Positions 41,401 to 55,698 of a DNA stretch of 64,000 nucleotides are shown one piece after another (the stretch's first letter is position 1; every line of letters starts with the position of its first letter). This DNA is from the human T2T-CHM13v2.0 reference genome, Homo sapiens: NCBI RefSeq assembly GCF_009914755.1, contig NC_060942.1; one strand, written 5' to 3'. The translations under genes and the position numbers were made by a program. The notes under the pieces are model-generated. The model was not told the DNA's origin and made no database searches. It saw only the letters and a list, made by a program, of their open reading frames with translations.

Positions 41401-41809
41401 ATGATGACATAGACCATTACTATATCTCCAGGGTCTAACACAAGTCTGGCACATAATAGGTGTGAACTAAATACTTGCTAAATGAAGGAATTCATAACTA
41501 TAAAGCCTATGGTCTTAATTATTGTGGAGTATACTCTTTCTAAAATAGTAATAATCATCCCATATTATATATATATCTATATATAAATTGTTATTTCTAG
41601 GATGAGGGAGGGAACAGGGTATTGGAAACAACAGATGGAAGTTAGACTAATCGGAATGTACCTTCCTTTGTTGTTGATTTAGATTCCTTTGTTTTAGATT
41701 TGATTTTAGAACCATGTAAACATTTTCCATAATAATTATAAATCAATATTATATAAAAAATTTAAAAACAATCCACAAAAATAAAGACAAAAGAAATGAA
41801 ACTAACATT

Positions 41810-42224
41810 TAGCATTTTTCTTTTTGTGACTGGCTTGTTTCACTTAGTGTACTATCCTCAAGTTTCAAGGATTGTATGTTAATTCCATTTTTAATTGTTT
41901 GAGGAATCTCCATACTGTTTTCCATAGCAGCTGCACTGCTATGGTTTGGATATGGTTTGTTTGTTCCCGTCAAATATGTTGAAATTTAACCCTCAATGTG
42001 GCAGTGTTGAGAGGCGGGGCCTAGTGAAAAGTGTTTGGGTGATGGGGGCAGATCCGTCACGAATGGCTTGGTGTCATTTTTGCAATAATGAGTTCTTGCT
42101 CTATTAGTTCCTGTGGGAGCTGGTTGTTAACTAGAGCCTGGCGCCACCCCCCTTTGCCTTCTTGCTTCCTCTCTCTCCGTGTGATCTCTGCACATGCTGG
42201 CTGTTCTTCACTTTCTGCTTATGA
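41810..42224 (-). repeat. Inverted, internally deleted copy of 40501-41138
   Basis: 41810-41866 is the reverse complement of 41082-41138 (5 mismatches in 57). 41868-42224 is the reverse complement of 40501-40859. Confidence 0.9.
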
Positions 42225-44623
42225 TATTCTTCCCCCTGCTAAGTTTGTTTTTAGTTTGCTTTTGTTTTTCTAATTTCTTGAAGTGTAAAGTTAGGTTGTT
42301 GATTTGAGATCTTTGTTATTTCTTAATGTACATGTTCTGTGCTATAAACTTCTTCCTTAGTACTGCTTTTGTTACTCTCATAACTTTTGTTATGTTGTGT
42401 TTTTATTGTCATTTTTCTCAAGATATTTTGTAATTTCCTTTGTGTTTCTTCTTTGACCCATTGGTTGTTCAGAGTGTGTTGTTTAATTTCCACATATTTG
42501 GGAATTTTCTCCTTGTCCTACTACTATTGGTTTCTAGTTTCATGCCATTGTGGTTTAGAAAGATGCTTTGTATGACTTCGATCTTCTTAAATTTGTTAAG
42601 AATTTCTTTTGTGGCATAACCTGTGATCTGTGTACATCTGTGTACATTTGAGAAGAATGTGTATTCTGCTGTTGTTGGGTGGAGTGTTTTATATGCGTCT
42701 GTTAGGCTTAGTTGGTCTACGGTGTTATTAAAGTTCTTTCTTTCTTTTTCACTTAATATAATGACCTCCGGTTCTATCCATGTTGCTGCAAATGACAATA
42801 TTTTATTCTTTTTATATTATAAAAATACAATATAAATACTATATAAAATATAATAAACTATATAACGCATTTTCTTTATTAATTCATTTAGTGATGAGCC
42901 TTTAGGTTGATTCCATATTTTGGCTATTGTGACTAATGCTGCAATTAACATGAGAGTGCAGATATCTTTTCAATATCTTATTTTCTTTCTTTTGGACATA
43001 TACCCAGTAGTGGAATTGCTGGAGCATATAGTAGTTCTATTTGTAGTTTTGGAGGAACCTCTATACCATTCTCAATAGTGGCTATACTAATTTACTTTCC
43101 CACCAATAGTGTACAAAGGTTGCCCTTTCTCCACATACCAACATCTGTTATTGCCTGTCTGTTTGATAAAAGCCATTTTAACTGGGGTGAGATCTGTAGT
43201 TTTGATTTGCATTTCTCTGATAATTCGTGACGTAGAGCATTTTTTCATATACCCGTTTGCCATTCATATGTCTTCTTTTGAGAAATGTCTATTCAGATCT
43301 TTTGTCCATGTTCTATTGTAAACTTTTATTTTAGGTTCAGCAGTACATGCACAGGTTTGTTATATGCATAAACTCATGTCATGGGGGTTTGTTGTACAGA
43401 TTATTTAATGACCCCAGTACTAAGCCTACTATCCAATAGCTGCTTATTTTACTCCTCTCTCTTCTCCCACCATCCACCTTCAGGTAGACCCCAGTGTCTG
43501 TCGTTCCCCTCTTTGTGTCCAAGTGTTCTCATCACTTAGCTCCCACTTATAAGTGAGAACATACGGTATTTGGTTTTCTGTTCCTGCATTAGTTTGCTAA
43601 GGATAATGTCCTCCAGCTCCATTCATGGTCCTGCAAAGAACATGATCTCATTCCTTGTTATGGCTACATAGTATTCCATGGTGTATATATACCACATTTT
43701 CTTTATCTAGTCTAGCATTGATGGGCATTTAAGTTGATTCCATGTCTTAGCTACTTTGAATAGTGCTGCAGTGAACATACCCATGCACGTGACTTTATGA
43801 CAGAACAATTTGTATTCTTTTGGGTATACACCCAGTAGTGAGATTGCTGGGTTGAATGGTAGTTCTGTTTTCAGCTCTTTGAGACATCACCATACTGCTT
43901 TCCACAATGGTTGCCCTGATTTACACTCCCACCAACAGTGTATAAGCATTCCCTTTTTCCACATCCTCACCAGCATCTGTAATTTTTTGGCTTTTTAATA
44001 ATAGCCATTCTGACTGGTGTAAGATGGTATCTCATTGTGGTTTTGATTTGCATTTCTCTAATGATCAATGATATTGAACTTTTTTCATATACTTGTCGGC
44101 TGCATGTATGTCTTCTTTTGAAAAGTGTCTGTTCATGTACTTTGCCCACTTTTTAATGTTTTTTTTTCTTGTAAATTTGTTTAAGCTATTTGTAGATGCT
44201 GGATATTAGACCCTTGTCAGATGCATAGATCGCAAATATTTTGTCCTATTCTATAGGTTGTCTATTTACTCTGAAGTCAGGTAGTGTGATGCCTCCTGCT
44301 TTGCTCTTTTTGATCAGGATTGCTTTGGAGATTCAGGGCCTTTTTTGGTTCCATATACATTTTGGAATTTTTTTTCTATTTCTGTGAAGAATATCACTGA
44401 TAGGGTTCACACTGAATCTGTAAATGGCTTTGGATAGTATTGGCATTTTAGTAATGTTCTTCCAATTCATGAACATGGAATATTTTTCAATTTTTTGAGT
44501 CCTCTTCAATCTCTCATCAGTTTTTTAATAGTTTTCCATGTATAGATCTTTTACTTCTTTGGTTAAATTGATTTCTAGGTATTTTATATTCTTTGTAGCT
44601 ATTGTAAATGAGATTTCTTTCTT

Positions 44624-47604
44624 TTTTTAATGTATAAAGGAAAGAGGTTTAATTGTTTAATTATCACAGTTCAACATGGCTGAGAAGGCCTCACAAAACT
44701 TACAATGATGGGGGAAAGCAAAGGGGAAGCAAGGCACCTTCTTTACCAGGTGGCAGGAAGTAGAAAGAGTGAGGGGCAAAGTGGGAGAGCCCTTTATAAA
44801 GCCATCAGATCTCGTGAGAACTCACTCACTATCATGAGAACAGCATGGGGGAAGTGCCCCCATGATCCAATCACCTCCCAGCTGGTCTCTCCATAGACAG
44901 GTGGGGATTATGGGGATTCCAATTAAAGATGAGATTTGGGTGGAGACACAGACAAACCATATCAGCCACTTATGTTATTTCTAATAACCCACTGCTCCCA
45001 TTTCTTTTTTCTTTTTTTTTTTTCCACTTTCTAAAACTGTTAGTCTGGTTTTAGGTCCATCTATTTATATTCTGTGGCTTTCATCTTTTCTCTCACTTTC
45101 TGTCACCCACATCTTCCAACACTATTAATTACTTTTGAATTTTCGATATTTTTAATTTAAAAAAGCCCTATCGTTTTGATACTGTTTTATGTTTTGTGAA
45201 TGTAATTGTTTTATGAATGTAATTCCTCAAGGAAATCTTTCAAACTAGTTTTTCCATTTACTACATAGCACTGACTTATATTTTAAAGATTCTGAAAAGC
45301 ATAATTTTTTAATGTTTACATAGTGCTCCATCAAAACATCAATGTACGAAGAATTTGAGCAGGATGAGGCATCATCGGATGGTTTTGTTTCTTCCCCCCC
45401 ACTTCCCCACCTCCACCAGGTCTATTTTTTATGGTTAGCCTAGAAGTAGCAAGGATAAACTGAAGCAGATTAGAGATGGAGTCTGTAATCTAGGTGGGAA
45501 ATAATGAAAGTCTTCTCTAAGGTAATAGTGGTGAGGTAAAAGCAAAAGGGTAGCTGACAGATGTTAGGAGGTGAAATGGCGTAGGACGTGGTGAGTAACT
45601 GGTTAGGAAAAGAGGGAAGAGAGTAGTCCAGGTTATCCTCAGAGTCATGCTTTGGACAACAGGGAGAATAGGGATTTCTCCAAGTCAAGTCCTATTATAA
45701 ATATATTCATTTTTATATTTCACTTTGAGTCTCAATTTAGCAAGATAACTTCCTTTTCATCAGCAAAACACCTGTTTACTGCTTACTAACAATATTAAGG
45801 GTGCAAATATTTACTAAATATATTTTTCTCATTTTAGATAGATGCCTATCATTTTATTTCTAAAAAGGTTTAATTCTATTTAGAGTCATTAAAATACTTA
45901 CACTTAAATACTCAAACATAATACATTAGATGTATTAAGCATATAGATGCTCCTCGAATGAAGAATATTGTCTGATTTGGTTTCATACACAATGAAGATA
46001 ATTTAAAATATAAAAAATTGGGCTTAAAAATGCAGCCAACCACCTGTTTTATTAAATTTTACCAGGTATCTACTTCTAAAAAGTCCTTATCAGTGCCATT
46101 TCTTTAAACCCAACATTTAGTAACTTAACAGATGTATTTTTAAAATTAGAAATTTTACTTTCAATGTACTGATTTTATACTTAATTAGTAGCTTTAAAAT
46201 TTTTTAGAATATGTGAAGACCTGCATGAAACCATTCTCGACATTTTTCAAGGATTGTTTGCTAACTGGCTTGTTTTTACATACAGTTTTAAACATGTCTA
46301 CCATTGGTGGTAAACAAGAATGATCACTTGAAACTATGAAACCTACCAAAGTGCCAGTGTATTAACACTGCTTTTTCTTTCTTTTATAAGAATCATTACT
46401 ATTAACTCGTACTTGTTGGTGCGCAGAGGATGCCATTTTCATGCTCTCTTTCTTTATAAAGGCCTTCTCTATAGCTCCAGGTTTCCGAAGTATAACTGTG
46501 CATCTTCTCCTCCAGTCAACAAAGAATCATCCTGCACATTCCAACAGAAAGAACGAACTGTACAGCATGCCCTCCCTGAAGGCTAGTCACATGGGCCAAT
46601 CCTAATGTTCATCAACTGAATCCTTCCTTTGTTATCCAAAGGAAGGATAACAAGCAATGTTTCCATCTTTTCATGATATAGGCCACCAATCAAATAGTCT
46701 AAAATATCTTCTTTCACATTAACCATTTCTCCGACATCCTGGATGTTCTAACATGTAATTGGTTCATCAGCATCCAGATGATTAAGATCCCACCAGTAAA
46801 ATCTTTCATGTGTCATGCAGTAAATCTGTTTGTAACCTATCCCAGACCAACTGATACAGCTGACTGATGAAATTGAGTTACAGGTTGTAACCAGTGCGCC
46901 CTCTTCATTATCAACATTAATATCAAATACATTTACCAGGCCATCAAGTGAACCTGAGATTATCATGTTGGGATTGCTGGGATGGAAACGTACTTGAGTG
47001 ACATCATTGCTATGTGTCTCTGAATATGCACCAATCGGGTCTTTAGTTGAAGATAAATCCTGAGAATTCATCCTTGCATCCCAAAACACCAACCATGCAT
47101 CATCATCAACTTTTCTGTACCAGCACAAATAATATGATCATTACAGTTAATATCAAAATGGATAAAAATATTGGAAGGGTAATCTTTGAAGAGCTGGACA
47201 TTAAGAAGTCCGGAATATCCACTAAATTCTCAGAGTACATTTAATCTTTCTCTATCATATATTCTGATTGATCCATTAGAATATAAAACAGCAACCAAGT
47301 TTTCTTTTCCTGCTTGCACAGTCTTCGATATATCTATGCCAAGAAGGTAAGTGTACTCTCTGGTTCCTGAGGAACATTTAACAATGTGCAGATTAGTAAA
47401 CTGTTCCTCAGTCTTTTCCATATCAACAGTAGCATCCAAGGGTAGTAAAACTCCAGCAATCCCACTTTTAGGTATTTACTCAAGAGAAATAACAACTTAT
47501 GTCCACACAAACATTTGTACATGTGTTCATCACAACTTTATTTATAACAGCCAAATACCTCAGCAGGTGGCCCCCAATGAGTACTGGAGAAAATGCAGGC
47601 TCCC
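44624..47604 (-). pseudogene. WDR89: Processed pseudogene of WDR89; decayed CDS ~47421-46362 with 5' UTR and long 3' region
   Basis: MEKTEEQFTNLHIVKCSSGT..., VFWDARMNSQDLSSTKDPIGAYSETHSNDVTQVRFHPSNPNM... and ...NDSYKRKKKQ. Stop after ERLNVL and frameshifts. 13-bp TSD agatttctttctt (44611-44623 / 47605-47617) inside an L1. Confidence 0.95.
44630..44964 (-). mobile_element. THE1-like LTR truncated just after its poly(A) signal (part of the WDR89 retrocopy)
   Basis: Starts TGATATGGTTTG on - at 44964. Ends ...aattaaacctctttcctttatacatt+A-run with the U5 end absent. Confidence 0.85.
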
Positions 47605-47887
47605 AGATTTCTTTCTTGATTTCTTTTTCAGATTGTTTACTTTTGGCATATGTAACTGCTACTGATTTTCGTATGTTGATTTTGTATCCTGCAACTTTAC
47701 TGAATTTGTTTATCAGTTCTAACAGTTTTTTGGTGGAGTCTTTAGATTTTTCTAAGTGTGAGATCATGTCATCTGTGAAAAATGCTAATTTGACTTATTT
47801 CTTTCCAATTTTGATGTCCTTTATTTCCCTTGCCTAATTGCTCTGGCCAGGACTTACAGTATTATGTTGAATAAAGATGGTGTAAGT

Positions 47888-48243
<356 letters not shown>

Positions 48244-48789
48244 CTATTCAGTACCATATAAACTGTGGAATTGTTATATATAGCCTATATTATTTTGAGG
48301 TGTGTTCCTTTTATACTCAGTTTGATGATGGGTTTTATCATAAAGGGTTGCTGGGTTTTATTGAATGCTTTTTCTGGATGTGTTGAGATGATCATATAGT
48401 TTTTATTCTTGGTTCTGTTAATGTGATGTATCATATTTATTGATTTGTATATGTTAAACCATCCTTGCATCTCTGGGATAGATCCCATTTGACTATGGTG
48501 AATAATCATTTTAATGTGTTGTTAAATTCAGTTTGCTAGTATTTTGTTGAAGATTTTTTTTGCCTCTATGTTCAATCAGTGATACTGACCTACCATTTTC
48601 TTTTTTTGTTGTGTCTTTGTCTGGTTTTGGTATCAGGGTAATAATGCTGGCTTCATAGAACAAGTTTGGAAGTATTCCCTGTACTTCAATTTTTTTTTAG
48701 GGGTTTGAGTAGAATTGGTTCTAGTTCTTTGTAAAACGTCTGGTAGAATTCAACAGTGAAGGCATTACATCCTGGGCTTTCTTTCTTTC

Positions 48790-49095
48790 TTTCTTTTTTT
48801 GAGACAGAGTCTTGCTGTGTCACCCAGGCTGGAGTGCAGTGGCGCGATCTCGGCTCACTGCAAACTCCGCCTCCTGCGTTCACGCCATTGTCTTGCCTCA
48901 GCCTCCTGAGTAGCTGGGACTACAGGTGCCCACCACCACGCCCAGCTAATTTTTTTTTTTTTTTTGTATTTTTTTTCAGTAGAGACGGGGTTTCACTGTG
49001 TTAGCCAGGATGGTCTTGATCTCCTGACCTCATGATCCATGCACCTTGGCCTCCCAAAGTGCTGGGATTACAGGCGTAAGCCACCACACCCGGCC
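48790..49095 (-). mobile_element. AluY-like
   Basis: Reverse dimer flanked by ctttctttctttt. Confidence 0.92.
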
Positions 49096-51791
49096 ACTTT
49101 CTTTCTTTTTTTAACAGAAACCTTTTTATTATGGCTTCAATTTTGTTACTCATTATTGGTTTGTTGAAGTTTTCTATTTCTTCATGGTTCAATCTTGATG
49201 GGGTGAATGTGTCCAGGAATGTATACATTTCTTCTATGCTTTCCAATTTGTTGGCATATAGTTATTCACAATAGTCTCCAATGATTCTTTGTATTTCTGT
49301 GGCCTAGTTGTTATGTTTCCTTTTTTGTTTCTAATTTTATCTATTTGGGTCTTCTTTCATTTTCTCTTAGTCTAGCTAAAGGTTTGTCAATTTTGTTTAT
49401 CTTTTCAAAAAAACCAACTTTTCATTTTGTTGATTTCTGTATTTTTTTAAGTCTCAATTTTATTTATTTTTGCTCTGATCTTTATTATTTCTTTTCTTCT
49501 ACTAATTTTGGGTTTGGTTTGTTCTTGCTTTTCTAATTCCTTGAGGTGTATTTTAGGTTATTTATTTGAAGTCCCTTTCTACATTTTTGATATAGCCATT
49601 TATTGCTATAAACTTCCCTGTTACTACTGCTTCTGCCACATCCCATAGATTTTGGTATGTAGTATTTCCATTTTCATTTGTTTCAAGAAATTTTTAAATT
49701 TCCTTTTAAATTTCTTCATTAACCCATTGATCATTCAGGAGCACACTGTTTAATTTCCATGTGCTTGTGAAGTTTCTGAGGTTCCTCTTATTATTGATAT
49801 CTAATGTTAGTCCATCATGGTCAGAAACACATACTTGATATGATTTCTGCATTTTTGAATTTGTTTAGACTTGTTTTGTGGCCTAAGATATGGTTTATTT
49901 TGGAGATTATTCCCATGTGCTGATGAAAAGAATGTGTATTCTGCAATAATTGGGTGAAATGTTCTGTAAATGTCAGTTAGGCTTAGTAAGTCTTGGGTAT
50001 AGTTTAACTTTTTTTTTTTTTTTTGGCTTTCTGTCTGGATGATCTGTCCATTAACGAGTAGGGTATTAAAGTCCCCTACTATTATATTTCAGTCTATCTC
50101 TCCATTTAGATCTGTCAATGTTTGCTTTATATACTTGGGTGCTCTGGTATTGGGTGCATACGTATTTGTAATTGTTATATTCTCTTGCTGAATTTACTCT
50201 GTCATTAAATAGTGACCTTCTTTGTATCTTTTTACAGGCTTTGATTTGTAGTCTGAGATAAATATAACTACACCTGCTCTTTTTTAGTTTCCAGTCCCAT
50301 GAAATATCTTTTTCTACCCCCTCACCGTCAATCTATGTGTCTTTATAGGTGAAGGTGGTTTCTTGTAGGCAGCATATATTTGGGTCTTGTTTCTTTATTC
50401 ATTCAGCCATTTTATGCCTTTTATCTAAGAGGACTGAGTCCATTTATGTTCAGTGTGATTCATCATAAGTGAGGACTTACTACTGTCATTTTGTTCCTTG
50501 TTTTCTGGTTGTCTTGTACATCCTTTCTCCTTTTCTTCCTTTCTTACTGCCTTCTTTTGTTGTTAACTTATTTTGTCTTGTAGCATGTTTTAATTTGTTC
50601 CTTCTTATTTTTAGGAAATCTATACAGGTTGTGGATTATGGCTACCATGAAGCTTACAAAAAGCATCTTATAAGTTATTTTAAAGAGATGACAACTTATC
50701 TTAGATCACAAAGAAAAAAACAAAATAATTCTGCACTTTAACTCCACACCCCCACATTTCAACTTTTATTTGTCTCAATTTACATATTTTTACATTACCT
50801 ATTTCTTAACAGGCTGCTATAACTATTATTGTTTTTGATATATTTGTCTTTTGGACTTCATGCTAGAGCTATGAGTGGATTGCACAGAACAATTCAAATA
50901 TTAGGGTATACTGGGTTTGTCTGAGCTGAATACTTAATTTTACCTGTAGGCTTTATACCTTCAAATGTTTTTCATTTTTTATTTTTTCCTTTTAGCATTT
51001 TAGTATTTTTTTTTTCAGATTAAAGATCTATCTTTAGCATTTCTTGTAAGACAGGTGTCATGGTGAACTCTCAGTTTTGTTTGTCTGAAAAAGACTATCT
51101 CTTCTTCATATTTGAAGGATAACTTTGCTGGGTACAGTATTGTTGAATGGCAGGGGTTTTTTTTCTTTCATCACTTTGAAAATGTGGTCTCACTCTCTGT
51201 TGGCTTGTATGGTTTCCATTGAGAAGTCTGTTGTTGGACAAATTGTAGCTCCTTTATGTGTGATTTGCTTCTTTTCTCTTGCTGATTTTAGGACCTTCTC
51301 TTTGTTCTTGACCTTTCAGAGTTTGTCTTATTTGGGTCGAATCTGGTGATCTCTTACCTTCTTGTACCTGGTTATTTATATCTTTCTCAGGTTTTGGAAA
51401 GTTTTCTATTTTTCTTTTTGAATATGCTTTCTACCCCCCCTTACTCTTGTTCAACTCCCTCTTGAACACCAATAATTCTTAAGTTTGTTTTTTTGAAGTA
51501 ATTTTCTATATCTTATAGGTAATCTTTGTTCCTTTTCACTCTTTTTTTCTCTTTTCTCCTCATACTATGTATTTTCAAATAGGCTGTCTTCAACCTCATC
51601 GATTCTTTCCTGTGCTTCATCCATTCTGCTGTTGAGAGCCTCTAATAACTTTTTCAGTTCAGCACATGTATTTCTCAGTTCTAAGAGTTATGTGTGATCT
51701 TTTTAATTATTTCAATCTTTTTATTAAATTTCTCAATTGCTTTTCTGTGTTATCATGAAGATCATTGAGTTTCCTTAAAACCGCAGTTTTG

Positions 51792-52077
51792 GGCTGAGCA
51801 TGATGGCTCACACCTATAATCCCAGTGCTTTGAGGAGCTGAGATAGGAGACCTACTTGAGGCCAGGAGTTTGAGACCAGGCTGGCCAACATAGTGAGACC
51901 CCATTTTTACAAAAAACATAATTAAAAAAGAAATCAGCCAGGTATGGTGGCATATACCTGTAGTCCTAGCTACTTGAGAGGATTGTTTGAGTCCAAGAGT
52001 TTGAGGTTGCAGTGAACTAAGATCATGACACTGCATCCAAGCCTAGGCTTTGTCTCTAAAAACAAACAAACAAAAAA
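51792..52077 (+). mobile_element. AluJ
   Basis: Diverged dimer with flanks gcagttttgg as TSD. Confidence 0.88.
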
Positions 52078-53534
52078 CCCCTGCAGTTTTGGATTCTTAG
52101 AGAGCTCACATATTGCCATCTTATTAGGATCAGTCACTGGTTCCTTGCTTTTTCTATTTGGGGAGGTCATGGTTCCCTGTTCACAGTTGTTTCTTGTGGA
52201 TGTAGTCTACATCTTTGCATTGAGGGATTAGTTATTTAAGTCTTCTTTGTCTGGCTTGTATTGGGTATGTTTCTGTAGAGCTTCTTTACCACTAGGTTGC
52301 CTGGCTCCTTTACAGCTGTAGGTGGTGCCTTAAATCCAGGTTCACCAAGCTGTAATAAATGATATGAATGCTGCCCTTCTTGAATGGGGGAGGCCCCAAA
52401 GAGGATATTCCAGCAGTATCGGAAGGCTGGCAAAGGGTTTATGCCCAGGAGACCTGTGAAATCAATCTTTTACATGTGGTGCTGCTGAACAGCCTCTCTG
52501 ATTTGGTGTCTTCTTTAGCCAAGTTACAGAGCAGAGTTTCCAGGGCTGAGGATGGTTGTCCTGCCTGCCCATTTTGTCTCTGCCTGTCCCCAAGGATATT
52601 TCTCCCTTCTGGCACTCATAATGCTTTCCATGGGCTAAGGCAGGGTCAAATGTGCCAGAGAATCCAAGATGGTGGGGGACCTGGTTGTCCACCTTGATCG
52701 CAGTTTTTCCAGTGTAGAAACTGTGAGTTGGGGGAAAATATTTCCACGTGCTTGGTGATAGGCCGAATGAGGGGACGGGCATCACAGATGTGGAAGTCCA
52801 GTTCTCTTTCTGTCTGCTCAGAGTATCTTTATTTATCTGTGGCCCTGGGAACTATCTCATCTTCATTTTTGAGTTCTGAGATATTGCTGATGAGACTCTC
52901 AGTGCTGTATAGATATATTTTTCAGTTTTCTGGGGCAGGGGGTTGAGGGGAGTGAAACCAGCTTGCTTCTACACTGCCATTTTGAAACAGGAAGTTCTTG
53001 CCTTCAAGTCTGAAGACAATTTTACTGGCTGTAGTATTCTTGGTTGGCAGTTTTTTTCTTTTAGCACTCTAAATAGATCATTCTACTACTTTCTGGCCTA
53101 TAATGTTTCTCCTTAGAAATTACTGATAGTCTCAAGGAAGCTCCCTTGTATATGACAAATCACTTTTTCTTGATGCTTTCAAAATTGTCTTTGTTTTTGA
53201 CTTCTGACCTGTTTGGACCTGTTTATGTTCATCCAAGTTGGAGTCCTGTGAACTTCTTGAATTTGAATATCTGTTTCCTTCCTCAGATTTGGAAAGTTTT
53301 CAGCCATTGTTTTTCCAAATAAGCTCTCTGCCCCTTTCTCTCTCTTATCTCTGCCTGGGACTTTCATATGACATGTATTGGTTGGCTTGGTGGTGTTGTA
53401 TCATTCCCTTAGGCTTTCTTTACTTTTCATCGTTCTTTTTCCTTTCATTTCTCTACTTTAATAATTTCAAAAAACCTGTCTTCAAGTTTGCTTATTCTTT
53501 TGTTGTTTGTTTGCTTGATCAAGTCTGCTGTTGA

Positions 53535-53873
<339 letters not shown>

Positions 53874-55333
53874 TAGTGAATTTTTCAATTCACTTATTGG
53901 ATTCATCAGCTCCAGAATTTATGTTTAGTTCTCTCTCTCTCTCTTTTTTTTTTTTTTTTTTTTTTTTGCTGTTTTTATCTCTTTGTCGATAACCTCATTT
54001 TGTTCATGCATTGTTTTCCTGATTTAATTTAGTTGTTAATCTGTGTTCTCTTGTTGTACATTGAGTTTCTTTAAGAGAAATATTTGAAATTATTTTTGAG
54101 GTAATTCATAGACCTCTATTCATTTAGAGTCAGTTTCTGGAGATTTATTTTGTTCCTTTGATTCAACCATGTTTTCTTGCTTCTCCATGGGTCTTACTAT
54201 TTTATGCCGTGATTTGTGCATTTGGAAAACCAGCCACCTATGGCAGTCTTTTAGGACTAACTTGATAAAGGGAAAACTTTCACCAATCATCTGGGTTGGA
54301 GATTCCAGAAGCCTCTCAAACCTTTGGGATGTGTTCTCTCTGGGCGTGTGCATGTCATTTCCCAGTTAGAGGGGTTTTCTGGTTTCTTTTTCTGGAGCTT
54401 GTAATCTCTTACTCCCTCTGGTGTCTGTACGAAGTATTGCAGGTTCTTTGGAGCTGCAAGAAGCCACTGAGCTCTTTTGTTCTCTGTGGCTCCCAGGATA
54501 TCCAAAGTATATCAGCTCCATCAGTGATCCAATTCAAGTGAGACAAAAACCGTTGCCTCAGGCAGCCCCTGAAAATTAGACTGTTGGACACATGCTCCAG
54601 TCTTCTCTTTTTCCCTTGACGGAGAAGCTGTGAACGGGGTGCTTTCTGCTGATTGTGCTGCTTTGAGGAATGGCTTTTGGGGTTGAAATAAAATGGCTTT
54701 TGTTACCTTTTTCAAAGTGGCTGTTCTGGCTTTGAGTTTGCCTGGGGTGCTGCCACTTCTTAAATGGTTTCTGGAGTTCTCATGCAGACTTTTTGGACCA
54801 TATATTGTTAAGTCAGTGTCTTGGGAGGAATGACACTTGAGGCGTCTTATTCCACCATGTTGGTGATGCCACTTCCTTGTGGTGACTTATATGACAGCAA
54901 TAGAAAACAAATATGAGCGTCACAGGGAAGCAGTGAATAAAATTCACATGGTGAAGAGCTAGAGGACCACTGCTTCTAAGGAGTCATGTCCTTCGCAGGC
55001 CTGAGCCTCATCCCCTTCCTTCACTGTGAACAGAGAAATCGGCCAATTGCCAAACATACACTGAGTGTCTCTCTTGCATAAAGTGCTGCTGACCAGTGTT
55101 CTAGGGGTCCCAGTCTATGCGTTCTGGCGGTGGCACTCTTGTTGGGGATGCAAAGGGTCCCCAGTTGTTGCAGTCACTGGGTGAGAGGTGTCCCAATGTG
55201 GGGATGAAGGAAGGGCCTGTGGCCTGATGCAGGCAGGGGAGGCACCATCGGAGGGCAGGGCTTGAGCCAGCTGCTGGGGGACTCCAACAGTGCAGGAATG
55301 GGAGGAATATTCCAGGGCGGGATGCGAGAATAG

Positions 55334-55698
<365 letters not shown>

